64,000 bases of DNA. Origin: Gemmatimonadaceae bacterium. GTDB lineage: Bacteria; Gemmatimonadota; Gemmatimonadetes; Gemmatimonadales; Gemmatimonadaceae. Each line of letters begins with the position of its first letter. Positions within the stretch are counted from its first letter, which is position 1. The translations under genes were made by a program, and so were the position numbers. The notes under the pieces are model-generated. The model ran no database searches. It was not told the DNA's origin and worked only from the letters and a program-made list of their open reading frames with translations. The stretch spans positions 27,821-91,820 of the forward strand of contig DATFHK010000012.1 in the NCBI GenBank assembly GCA_035248505.1, in the 5' to 3' direction. Positions 36,872-46,061 of the stretch are shown one piece after another.

Positions 36872-38820
36872 GCAACTCGGCGCTTGCCCGCGTCGCGACG
36901 ACGGGTTCGCGAAAGCCACCGATTGTTAGCGCGACCCTTCGGATACGGCGGGAGTCGCGGGAGTTGAACGTCGCGGCACCGGTCATTGCGATTGCGATGC
37001 TGATCGTGGGCGCCGTCGAAGGATATTTCGCAGGCGAATGGTCTTACGCGAAAGTGATCTGGGAGCTCGGCTTGATTGGCTCCGGGCTGCCGGTGGTGCT
37101 TCGAACTGTTCGCGGGATGGTTCGCGGAGAATTCGCCGCTGATGTGGTCGCGAGCCTCTCCATCGTTACGGCTGCAGTCATCTACCAGCCGTTCGCCGGG
37201 CTAGTGATCGTGCTCATGCAGACGGGCGGCGAAGCCCTCGAGAAGTTTGCAGAGCGTCGCGCATCAGCGGCGGTAAGCGAGCTGGAGAAAAAGGCGCCGC
37301 GAATCGCACATCTGCTGACCACCGATCGTGGGCTCATCGACGTACCAGTCGACCGAATCCAGCCAGGCGATACGTTTCTCGTCCGGCCGGGTGAAATGAT
37401 TCCCTGCGATGGAACTGTGCTGAACGGGATCTCCGAGATCGATGTTTCACAGCTCACCGGCGAAGCGATTCCGGTTCCCGCCGTCGCCGGCGCGGCGGTA
37501 ATGAGTGGCTCCCTCAATGCACACGGCGTGTTGAGTATCAGAGCCACAGCCAGAGCTGCCGAAAGCCAGTACTCCCGCATCGTCGAGCTTGTTCGCTCGG
37601 CCCAGGCGTCCAAGGCACCCCTGCAACGAGTCGCTGACCGGTACGCGGTGTGGTTTACTCCACTCACGCTCTTCGTCTGCGCCCTTGCATATGCGTGGAG
37701 TGGGTCGTGGCTGATTGTGTTAGCGGTTCTGGTAGTGGCCACTCCATGCCCGCTCATCCTTGCGACTCCTGTCGCGATCATTGGCGGGATCAATCGGGCT
37801 GCGCGCCGCAAGATCATCATGCGTCACGGTGGCGCGCTCGAGTATCTCAGTGCAGCATCGATCGCCGTATTTGACAAGACTGGAACCCTCACGATCGGAA
37901 AACCGAGTGTTAAAGAGGTAGTCGCACTTCCTGGATTCTCGGAGCAAGAAGTTCTGACCTACGCCGGCGCAGTGGAGGCTGGATCGAGTCACCTTCTCGC
38001 CCGCGTTCTGGTCGATGAAGCAATTCATCGTTTCGCAAGTCTCCCCAATGCAACTCAGCATCGCGAATCACCGGGGCAGGGTGTAGTGGGCCTGGTCAAT
38101 GAGACGGATGTCGTCGTAGGAAGCCGTGCCTTCGTGTCGACCAGAGCGACGGCGTCGCTGGATCAGTTCTCCGTCTACGAAACCTCGGAAGCCGGTTTGC
38201 GGGCGTACGTGCTTCTCAATGGCAGGCCGGCGGGCATCATCGAATACGCGGATTCACTGCGTGCCGAGCTTCCGCGATTAATGGCGAGGTTGCAGCAATT
38301 CGGGCTGCAGCGGCGCGTGCTGCTCTCTGGTGATCGCACCGCGAACGCTCGTGCCGTGGGTGAGGCAGCTGGAATGGATGCGATTTACGGCGATCTGCTG
38401 CCCGCTGACAAAGCCGCGATCGTGTCTCGCTATCGCGCGGGCGGTGACGTGGTACTGATGGTCGGCGATGGTACAAACGACGCGCCCGCACTTACGGCGG
38501 CCGACGTCGGCATTGCGCTCGCCGGTCATGGCGGTGGTGTCACTTCGGAAGCCGCTGATGTCGTGATCCTCATTGACGACCTAAGCAAGGTTGGCGACGC
38601 GCTCTCGATCAGCCGCCGGACGATGCGAATTGCGCGGCAGAGCATAGTCGCAGGCCTGACTGTCAGTGCGACCGCAATGATGTTTGCTGCATTCGGATAC
38701 ATCCCACCCACTGCCGGCGCGCTGCTGCAAGAGGCGATCGACGTCGCCGTGATCCTGAACGCACTCCGCGCGAGCTGGCGAGGCAACGATTATGTCGAGC
38801 AAAGAAGGAACGATGTTTAG
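36868..38820 (+). CDS. Heavy-metal P-type ATPase, P1B-5 subtype
   Basis: LTGE, TPCP, DKTGT, GDGTND, QEAID in the last TM; no N-terminal metal-binding domain or hemerythrin tail. Confidence 0.92.
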   Translation: MSNSALARVATTGSRKPPIVSATLRIRRESRELNVAAPVIAIAMLIVGAVEGYFAGEWSYAKVIWELGLIGSGLPVVLRTVRGMVRGEFAADVVASLSIVTAAVIYQPFAGLVIVLMQTGGEALEKFAERRASAAVSELEKKAPRIAHLLTTDRGLIDVPVDRIQPGDTFLVRPGEMIPCDGTVLNGISEIDVSQLTGEAIPVPAVAGAAVMSGSLNAHGVLSIRATARAAESQYSRIVELVRSAQASKAPLQRVADRYAVWFTPLTLFVCALAYAWSGSWLIVLAVLVVATPCPLILATPVAIIGGINRAARRKIIMRHGGALEYLSAASIAVFDKTGTLTIGKPSVKEVVALPGFSEQEVLTYAGAVEAGSSHLLARVLVDEAIHRFASLPNATQHRESPGQGVVGLVNETDVVVGSRAFVSTRATASLDQFSVYETSEAGLRAYVLLNGRPAGIIEYADSLRAELPRLMARLQQFGLQRRVLLSGDRTANARAVGEAAGMDAIYGDLLPADKAAIVSRYRAGGDVVLMVGDGTNDAPALTAADVGIALAGHGGGVTSEAADVVILIDDLSKVGDALSISRRTMRIARQSIVAGLTVSATAMMFAAFGYIPPTAGALLQEAIDVAVILNALRASWRGNDYVEQRRNDV

Positions 38821-38892
38821 AGTCATCATGGCGCCGACCGCCGGAGAAGAGACACTTCTTCCGGCGTAACGCTGAGAGTTCAGGAGGCTGAG

Positions 38893-39417
38893 ATGCGTGA
38901 CGCGGCCGATTCCTCATCCGAACCAAGAAAAGCAACAACGACCGATGCGATGCTAGCCGCGCGGCACGGTGAAGTTGTGTTTCGCGATCTACCGCGCGCC
39001 GAGATCGAGGAAATCATCTCGCGCAACCACGTTGGACGCATTGCCTTTGCGTTCCACGACCGCGTCGACATCCAGCCGATTTCCTATGTGTACGAACGTG
39101 GCTGGTTGTATGGCCGCACTTCGGAAGGCGAGAAGATTGCCACGATGAAACACAATCAGTGGGTCGCATTCGAGATCGACGAGATCAAGGATGCGTTTGA
39201 TTGGCGCAGCGTCGTCATTCACGGAAGCTTCTGGCGCATTCACCCTCTCGGCAGTCCGCACGCCGAGGACGTCTGGGCAAAGGCCGCCGACCTGGTCTCG
39301 AAACTCGTTCCTGGCGCGCTCACCGAACATGACCCGGTCGCGTTCAGACAAATACTGTTTCGCATTGCGATCAGCGACGTTCGAGGGCGAGCGGCTCAGC
39401 GCAAAGGTCTGTCCTAG
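38893..39417 (+). CDS. Pyridoxamine-5'-phosphate-oxidase-like flavin-binding protein (paralog of the 34592 N-domain)
   Basis: HVGRIAF..DRVDIQPISY..LYGRTS.G.K..AFEID..DWRSVV..DPV.FR. Confidence 0.85.
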   Translation: MRDAADSSSEPRKATTTDAMLAARHGEVVFRDLPRAEIEEIISRNHVGRIAFAFHDRVDIQPISYVYERGWLYGRTSEGEKIATMKHNQWVAFEIDEIKDAFDWRSVVIHGSFWRIHPLGSPHAEDVWAKAADLVSKLVPGALTEHDPVAFRQILFRIAISDVRGRAAQRKGLS

Positions 39418-39440
39418 CCGTTGCTACCAGGAAGACGAAT

Positions 39441-41030
39441 CTAAGCCGGCAGGCTGAACTCGACCCGCGTACCGACGCCAGGTTCACTGGAAATCGAGAT
39501 CGCGCCGCCGTGTTCCTCCACTATGCCCTTGGCGATCGCCAAACCCAGCCCCGCGCCCTGACGGTCAGTGCGCGTCGACTGCCAGTATCTGTCAAACACC
39601 TTTGGCAACTGGCCGGCAGAGATGCCACGACCAGTATCAGCTACCGAGAAGATCACATCGGCACCGTTCCGGCGCGCACCGATCGATATCGTGCCGCCGG
39701 CGGGCGTGAACTTGATTGCATTTCCCACCAGGTTCGACATCACCTGCTGCACACGCTCCACATCGGCTCGAATGTTGGGCAGACCCTTTTCAACTTCCAC
39801 CTCGAGGTTGAGGTCACGGGCACTCACCAACGGCCGCAGCGTTCTCAATACATCATCGATTAGTGCCGCTGGATCGACCGGCTCCAGCGCGAGCTGGAGT
39901 TGTCCGACATCGATGCGTGTGACGTCGAGAAGGTCGCGAATCAGCGAATCCATCTGCTCGGCGGCCTCCGCAATCAGAGAGAGATTTTCGTTGGTGCCTT
40001 CGGTGTCCCGGTCAGCGTCGTTTAGAACAGCGCGGCTCAACATTCTCACTGCGGCGACGGGATTCCGAAGATCGTGCGAGACGACGCCCACGATTTCATC
40101 TCGTGCTCGCAGACTGCTGCGAACGGTGGCGAGCAGCTGCGAGTTGTCGAGCGCCAGTGCTGCAAGTCTGCCCAGGTCCTCAGCGAAACGCAGGTCGTCC
40201 ATATCGAACCCCCGATTGGATCGAAAAAGGCTGAGCACGCCGATGAGCTGACCCCGCGCTACAAGCGGCAGGTACAGCGCGGAGTGCGGATTCATCGCTT
40301 TGATGGCGTCGATGTACGCAGCGTTGGTGCTCGAATTCGCGATCCTCGCGGCGGTGTCCGTGCGCAAGAGTACCGGGCTGCGGTTGCGCAGAACTTCGGC
40401 GAGTGGATGCTGGCTCGCCGGCTTGCGCACCCCCGTCTGAGTGACCGCCTGTAGCACGGAGTTGATGTCCGCGTCTGCATGGCAGGCAGCGCCGCTGCGG
40501 AAGCCGTCTTCAATCCGATTCTCCAGAATGCACCCGTCCGCCAGAGCGGGAACCGCCAGCGCCACGACGTTCTGGAGGACTTCACCGGAGCCAAATGCGG
40601 AAGCCAGCTTCTCACCCGCGGCGGCGAGAAATTCCTGCCGCTTCTCGAATTTCTTGCGAACGGTGATATCGCGCAGCACTACGGCATACACAATGTTGTC
40701 ACCCTGCTGCACCTGCGAGATTGCCGCCTCCGCTGGAAACTCTTCGCCACTTTTGCGGATGCCGGCGATCTCGCGCCGCTCTCCCATCCGGCGCGCGGTG
40801 ACGCCCGAACGACCGAACTCGGCGACCTGGCGCCCGTGGTTCGCACGGTAGCGCTCGGGCATCAGCACTTCGACACGCTGACCGATGATTTCGTCCGCGG
40901 TCCACCCGAAGATGGTTTCAGCGCCTTTGTTGAAGAACGTGATGCGCTGAAAATCATCGATGCAAATCACTGCGTCAGCGGCGATGCCGACGATCTGCGC
41001 AAGTATGTCCTCTGTTATACGGTCTGGCAT
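39441..41030 (-). CDS. Cytoplasmic PAS-GAF sensor histidine kinase (FixL-like PAS)
   Basis: FNKGAE.IFG..LMPERYRANH..RKSGEEFPAE; SHDLRNP; NLVGNAIKF, DTGRG, GLGLAI. Confidence 0.92.
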   Translation of the reverse strand: MPDRITEDILAQIVGIAADAVICIDDFQRITFFNKGAETIFGWTADEIIGQRVEVLMPERYRANHGRQVAEFGRSGVTARRMGERREIAGIRKSGEEFPAEAAISQVQQGDNIVYAVVLRDITVRKKFEKRQEFLAAAGEKLASAFGSGEVLQNVVALAVPALADGCILENRIEDGFRSGAACHADADINSVLQAVTQTGVRKPASQHPLAEVLRNRSPVLLRTDTAARIANSSTNAAYIDAIKAMNPHSALYLPLVARGQLIGVLSLFRSNRGFDMDDLRFAEDLGRLAALALDNSQLLATVRSSLRARDEIVGVVSHDLRNPVAAVRMLSRAVLNDADRDTEGTNENLSLIAEAAEQMDSLIRDLLDVTRIDVGQLQLALEPVDPAALIDDVLRTLRPLVSARDLNLEVEVEKGLPNIRADVERVQQVMSNLVGNAIKFTPAGGTISIGARRNGADVIFSVADTGRGISAGQLPKVFDRYWQSTRTDRQGAGLGLAIAKGIVEEHGGAISISSEPGVGTRVEFSLPA

Positions 41031-41037
41031 TTTGCTG

Positions 41038-41051
41038 TAGGGAGTTCCCTT
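41038..41051. promoter_or_regulatory. Putative NarL/NreC-family binding site TAGGG-AGTT-CCCTT
   Basis: 9/10 palindrome match between the divergent kinase and multicopper oxidase genes. Confidence 0.6.
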
Positions 41052-41159
41052 ACGCTGGTGTGGAGTTTTCGCCGTGAACAATCCTCTAACTCACGACAGA
41101 GCCACCGGGCTCTCAATCGTACTTTCAGTCGTACGGGACGACAACCACTCGAGGTCTTC

Positions 41160-42242
41160 GTGAGCGAGCAAATCAGGAACACAAAGCGCGGTGGATTGCT
41201 TGGACAACCAGGCTCGCGCCGCGATTTTCTGCGCAAAACCGCCTTGACGGCATTAATCGGCGGTACTGCTGCAGCTTGCAAGGTAGATGAATCGGGCGCC
41301 CAGCAGACAAGCGTGCACGACGCTGATCACAGCGGGGGTTCGATGGCGCCCAATCCGGCACCACTTTCGCCGGCTGCCGCCGCCGAGGCGATGGATAAGA
41401 TGCACGAAGCTGGCATCAAGGCATTCCCGGCTAAGACTGCCGGCAAGGGCAATCAGCTTCTCAAGCCGCGCATCGAAAAAGGCGTAAAAGTCTTCGACAT
41501 CACTGCGAAGAAGATTCGGTGGGAGACTTCGCCGGGCCAGTTTGTCGAAGCATGGGCTTACAACGAGCAGGTGCCCGGTCCACAGATCCGCGTCCGCGAA
41601 GGCGATCGCGTTCGAATTAACATCAAGAACGAACTCAGCGAATCGACAGCTGTGCACTTCCACGGCGTCGAGCTGCCGAACGACCAGGACGGCGTGCCTT
41701 TCATCACTCAGCCGCCGATCAAACCGGGCCAGTCGTACACCTACGAGTTCACCGCGCCCAATCCAGGATCGCACATGTACCACTCCCACCACAACTCTGC
41801 GACCCAGGTTGGACTAGGGTTGCTCGGCGCGTTCATCATTGAGCCGAAGAATCCTGAGCCGATGGAGAAGGCGGATGTCGATTATGTGATGGTTCTGAAC
41901 GACGGCGCGCACGGCTACACCTTCAACGGCAAAAGCTTTCCGGCGACCGAACCGCTCCTTGGGAAGCTCGGTCAGAAAGTTCGCATCCGTTTCATGAACG
42001 AAGGCATGATGATTCACCCGATGCACCTCCACGGGATGCACATGACCGTGATTGCAAAGGATGGCTGGAACCTTCCCGCACCCTGGAAGTGCGACACGCT
42101 CAACGTGTCGCCCGGCGAGCGGTGGGACGTGATCGTAAACTGCAACAACCCGGGCACGTGGGCGTTCCACTGCCACATCCTCCCGCACGCAGAATCCGAC
42201 CATGGGATGTTTGGCATGGTCACAGCACTGGTGGTGAAATAA
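41160..42242 (+). CDS. Two-domain multicopper oxidase (type B pattern), Tat lipoprotein
   Basis: SRRDFL plus AAAC lipobox; HFH, YHSH, HPMHLH, HCHILPH..M; GTG start after GAGG. Confidence 0.9.
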   Translation: MSEQIRNTKRGGLLGQPGSRRDFLRKTALTALIGGTAAACKVDESGAQQTSVHDADHSGGSMAPNPAPLSPAAAAEAMDKMHEAGIKAFPAKTAGKGNQLLKPRIEKGVKVFDITAKKIRWETSPGQFVEAWAYNEQVPGPQIRVREGDRVRINIKNELSESTAVHFHGVELPNDQDGVPFITQPPIKPGQSYTYEFTAPNPGSHMYHSHHNSATQVGLGLLGAFIIEPKNPEPMEKADVDYVMVLNDGAHGYTFNGKSFPATEPLLGKLGQKVRIRFMNEGMMIHPMHLHGMHMTVIAKDGWNLPAPWKCDTLNVSPGERWDVIVNCNNPGTWAFHCHILPHAESDHGMFGMVTALVVK

Positions 42243-43345
42243 TGAATCAGGCCCACCCGAATCTGGTTCGCACGCCGGCGCGCGGGACGTGTACTCCCAG
42301 GCCCGTTCCCCGCTGGCTGCGCGCAATCCTGGGTGTGCCGCTCGAGCAAAAGGTGCTCGGCGCGAATTTCGTCGTGCTCGCCATCGCGTTAGGTCTGCTT
42401 TTGTCCCCGCTAAACGGCGGCCATATTCGCTGGACGGACATGTTAGTGTTGTTCGCAGCTCTGAGTGTCGGCGCAATAGCGAGCTACGGTTTGATACGCA
42501 TCGCGCTCAGACCTGTAAAAGAGCTGGAGCAGATCGCGCGCAAGGTTTCGCTCGGTCGCGTCAGCGAACGCGTGCCGCCGTCGCTCGTTGCCGATCCCGA
42601 TCTCGCGCTTTTGGCGGCTACCATGAACGAGATGCTCGACAACCTCGCCACAGGCAGGAAGCGGATGGCGAAGCTTGCGGCCGACGTCGTCTACGCTCAG
42701 GAAAAGGAGCGCGCGCAGGTCGCGCGCGATCTGCATGATTCCATTGGCCAGACCCTCGCGGCGGCGAGCTTTCAAATTGCTGCCGCAGCCAATCAGGACA
42801 CTCTCGACGACGTCAGAACGCAGCTGGGGCCGGCGCGTGAGCTGTTGCGCAATTCACTCGATGACATTCGCAACGTCTCGCGAGCGCTGCACCCGCGGGT
42901 CGCCGACGACCTCGGCTTGCCGACTGCGCTGCAGGGCCTCGCCGACGTGACGCGTCAGCGCTCTCTTATCGACGTGAAGCTGCAAACCAGACTCAACGGA
43001 GCTCCGATTCCGTCAGCATTGTCGAGCACACTGTATCGCGTCGCGCAGGAGGCGATGCGAAACATCGAGCTCCACGCTGATGCCGGTAACGCGCGCATTT
43101 TGCTGACCACACGTCCGGGGGTGATCGAGTTGGAGGTCAGCGACGATGGGTGCGGCCTCGATGGCGCGCACGAAAAAGTGAAGGCCAGCCCAATCCTCGC
43201 CAGAATGCGTCAGCGCCTCTCACTCGCGGGCGGAGATCTGCATATTCATAGTACGCCAGATTGTGGTACTCGCGTCGTCGCACGGGCGAGATTGGATGTG
43301 AACGCCGAAGCAGTCAAAGTCCACGGGGAGGACGAAGCAGCTTGA
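42242..43345 (+). CDS. Membrane sensor histidine kinase (2 TM, HAMP, HisKA_3)
   Basis: QEKERAQVARDLHDSIGQ, LYRVAQEA..NI..HA, DDGCG. Confidence 0.92.
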   Translation: MNQAHPNLVRTPARGTCTPRPVPRWLRAILGVPLEQKVLGANFVVLAIALGLLLSPLNGGHIRWTDMLVLFAALSVGAIASYGLIRIALRPVKELEQIARKVSLGRVSERVPPSLVADPDLALLAATMNEMLDNLATGRKRMAKLAADVVYAQEKERAQVARDLHDSIGQTLAAASFQIAAAANQDTLDDVRTQLGPARELLRNSLDDIRNVSRALHPRVADDLGLPTALQGLADVTRQRSLIDVKLQTRLNGAPIPSALSSTLYRVAQEAMRNIELHADAGNARILLTTRPGVIELEVSDDGCGLDGAHEKVKASPILARMRQRLSLAGGDLHIHSTPDCGTRVVARARLDVNAEAVKVHGEDEAA

Positions 43346-44004
43346 GCAACGATGGCGTCATAACAGTAGTACTTGTCGACGATCATGCGGTGGTGCGCGC
43401 TGGGCTCAAAGCGGTCCTCAGCACCGCCAAGGACATCAAAGTCATTGGCGAGGGATCCAATGGCAACGATGCCATTTCGCTTGCCAAGCGTCTCGATCCG
43501 GATGTAATCGTCATGGATCTCTCTATGGGAGAAATGGACGGCGCCGAGGCGACCAGGGAGCTCAAGGCAAAGGACACTCGCAGCAAGATCCTCATTCTTA
43601 CGATGCACGCGGAGGATACCTACCTCGTCCCGCTGCTCGAGGCTGGAGTAAGCGGCTACCTCGTAAAGAGTGCCGCCGATCGTGAGCTGATCGATGCCGT
43701 GCGTGCGGTGGCGCATGGCGATGTGTATATGCAGCCCTCGGCAGCGCGCGCTCTCGCTCAGCGCATTCAGCGGAAGGCGGAGCACGCCGATGAGCGCACC
43801 AAGTTCGAGAAGCTCACGGAGCGCGAACAGAACGTGCTTCGCTATGTCGCGCGCGGCTATAGCGCGCCCGAGATTGGGGAGAAACTGTTCATCAGCCCGA
43901 AGACTGTCGACACCTACAAGCAAAGGATAAACGAAAAACTCGGGCTGTCCCACCGGTCAGACTACGTCGACTTCGCCCTGAAGATCGGGCTCCTCTCCGA
44001 ATAA
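43342..44004 (+). CDS. NarL/LuxR-family response regulator (NreC-like)
   Basis: DDHAVVR, MDLSM, KILILTM, GY.VK, LTERE..VARGY...EIGEKLFISPKTV; TTG start overlaps the kinase stop. Confidence 0.93.
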   Translation: MSNDGVITVVLVDDHAVVRAGLKAVLSTAKDIKVIGEGSNGNDAISLAKRLDPDVIVMDLSMGEMDGAEATRELKAKDTRSKILILTMHAEDTYLVPLLEAGVSGYLVKSAADRELIDAVRAVAHGDVYMQPSAARALAQRIQRKAEHADERTKFEKLTEREQNVLRYVARGYSAPEIGEKLFISPKTVDTYKQRINEKLGLSHRSDYVDFALKIGLLSE

Positions 44005-44033
44005 AACCCTGCTGGCTGGGGAAGCACTGTGAC

Positions 44034-44861
44034 TCAGTGCTTCGCGCAGGCCTCTGCTGCGTTTTCCGCTCGCAGGCTCATGATTGCTTTACCAACGACG
44101 GGCATCGTGCTCTCTATACGCGCCGGCAGCCTGCAGTCGTCCTCGGTGAAGTTGAGCCGGATCAGGCCCTCACCGTCGTAGTGCTTGGAGTCACGCACAC
44201 GCATCTCGACGAGCACGGTGTGCAGCTCACCAAGCGATGTAGCGGTGACTTCGCGACGCACGACCTGCACGCGAATGGGATTGCGCGCCTGGTCGAAATG
44301 CCGATCGAACTGGTAATTCGCGCCCGGCGTCAGCGGCAGTGTACGAAGAAAGAAAATGAACGACAGCTCGTCGAGAGAAGAATCGGTCGGACTGCTGCCA
44401 CTGGTCCCATCCTTCGCTTGCCACCGTTTCTGCTCGGGAAACATGTCGACGAGGATGTCGTCGCGGGTGACGATGCTTCGCTCGCGCCTCAGATAGCGAA
44501 GTGACCTTTGCCGGACCGGATCGAACCAGGATTCGCTTTTGCTCTCGCCAGTGAACAGCGCGAGGCGCACGCGCGAATCGAAGCGCAGCACGTAGGTATT
44601 GGTTCCACGAACCGGCGCGGGTCCTTCGACCCACATTGTGCTCTGGCCGATGCGGGCGCCGCTTGCCAGCGACACGTCGTAAGTGAGCTTTTCACCGATG
44701 AAGAACGGCAATTTCGGTGACGCATCGTCCGGCCCGCGCGCGGCGCACACGCCCAGCGCGAGCAGACAAATCACGGCAGCGAGCAGCGGTAATGACGGCG
44801 CTGCCAACGCATCGGTTCGGTAGGTGCTCGGGTTCCCGGCAGTCTGTAGCTGCTTGCGCAT
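44034..44861 (-). CDS. DUF3108-like exported protein
   Basis: PF..GEKLTY, LDELS.IF.LR..PL, T..G...T..VE, D..RLP.RI. Confidence 0.7.
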   Translation of the reverse strand: MRKQLQTAGNPSTYRTDALAAPSLPLLAAVICLLALGVCAARGPDDASPKLPFFIGEKLTYDVSLASGARIGQSTMWVEGPAPVRGTNTYVLRFDSRVRLALFTGESKSESWFDPVRQRSLRYLRRERSIVTRDDILVDMFPEQKRWQAKDGTSGSSPTDSSLDELSFIFFLRTLPLTPGANYQFDRHFDQARNPIRVQVVRREVTATSLGELHTVLVEMRVRDSKHYDGEGLIRLNFTEDDCRLPARIESTMPVVGKAIMSLRAENAAEACAKH

Positions 44862-44939
44862 ACGCCAAGATGCGCGATGTGTCGCTTTCCATCAGTCAGG
44901 GTGAGCAGCCATTCTCAGCGGCGATCTTCCGCTCTACCG

Positions 44940-44953
44940 TAGGGGAAAGCCTT
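44940..44953. promoter_or_regulatory. Putative NarL/NreC-family site TAGGG-GAAA-GCCTT
   Basis: 8/10 match, upstream of the DUF3108-like gene. Confidence 0.45.
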
Positions 44954-46061
44954 ATCGAGCCATGCCCGCCGCCGAGAGCGTTTGACGCACGTGGTGTGCA
45001 ATCATCGATTCTTCGTTGGTCGGTATCACGGCAACTCTGACTTTGCTGACCTCGCTGGAGATGGTCTCGGCGTTGCCGCGATTCCGCGTGTCGTCGACGG
45101 CGATACCGAGAAAACCGAGGTTGTCGCAGATGCGACCGCGAATTTCGGCAGAGTGCTCGCCAACACCGCCTGTGAACACCAGCAAGTCGAGCCCGCCCAG
45201 CGCGGCTGCATACGCGCCGACGAATTTCCTGATCTGATAGACAAAGACCTCGAGCGCATCAGCGGCCCTGCTGTTGGTTTTTTGCGCGTGCAACAGAGTT
45301 CGCACATCCGAGTCGAGCTCCGAGAGCCCGAGGAGTCCGCCGCCCTTGCCCACCGCGCGCTCGAGGTCATCCCCTGAAAATCCAAGAGCGCGCAACATGA
45401 AGAGCACTGCGCCTGGATCGAGGTCCCCCGCTCGCTTGCTCATCACGACACCGCCCATCGGCGTCATTCCCATCGATGTATCGACCGACTTTCCGTCAAG
45501 CACCGCGGCGAGGCTGGCGCCGTTGCCGAGATGCGCGATGATGGTTCGCTTTGGCAAATCTCCGGCCTTTTGCAACGTGGTTACGATGTACTCGTACGAC
45601 AGACCGTGAAATCCGTAGCGTACCACTCCAGCGTCGGCAACTTTGCGCGGTAGACCAAATAGCCGTGCGCGCACGGGCATTCCCGAGTGAAAGGCAGTAT
45701 CGAACGTCGCAACCTGGGTCAGATGCGGCGACCGCCTGGCGATGGTGTCGACCGCGCGCAATTCCAGCGGCAGATGGTTGGGGGCAAGCGAGATCAGCTC
45801 GCCGAGGGACTGGCGGACCGTCGAGTCGATGACCACTGCTCTACGAAACCGCCTTCCACCGTGAACCAGACGATGACCGATCGCGCGGACATTGGCGAGT
45901 CCGAATGCTTTGTCGACTTCGTCGAGCACCTTGTTGGCTGCCCCATCGCAGTCTGCATCGTCTCTGACATCAATTGTCGCGCGGGAGATCTGCGTGTCGT
46001 CGTCTGCGCTGAAGAGCGCATACTTCAGCGTCGACGAACCGACGTTGAAGACAAGGATCAA
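44952..46061 (-). CDS. ackA: Acetate kinase
   Basis: [49 protein letters not shown]. Confidence 0.95.
   Translation of the reverse strand: MILVFNVGSSTLKYALFSADDDTQISRATIDVRDDADCDGAANKVLDEVDKAFGLANVRAIGHRLVHGGRRFRRAVVIDSTVRQSLGELISLAPNHLPLELRAVDTIARRSPHLTQVATFDTAFHSGMPVRARLFGLPRKVADAGVVRYGFHGLSYEYIVTTLQKAGDLPKRTIIAHLGNGASLAAVLDGKSVDTSMGMTPMGGVVMSKRAGDLDPGAVLFMLRALGFSGDDLERAVGKGGGLLGLSELDSDVRTLLHAQKTNSRAADALEVFVYQIRKFVGAYAAALGGLDLLVFTGGVGEHSAEIRGRICDNLGFLGIAVDDTRNRGNAETISSEVSKVRVAVIPTNEESMIAHHVRQTLSAAGMAR

Noticed and set aside
40479-41159. 227-aa N-terminal extension of the multicopper oxidase in the ORF track
   Set aside because: Most of it is antisense to the kinase gene; the Tat signal and RBS define the start at 41160.
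41160-42242. Copper nitrite reductase (nirK)
   Set aside because: The T1 Cys is in domain 2 and full trinuclear His motifs are present.
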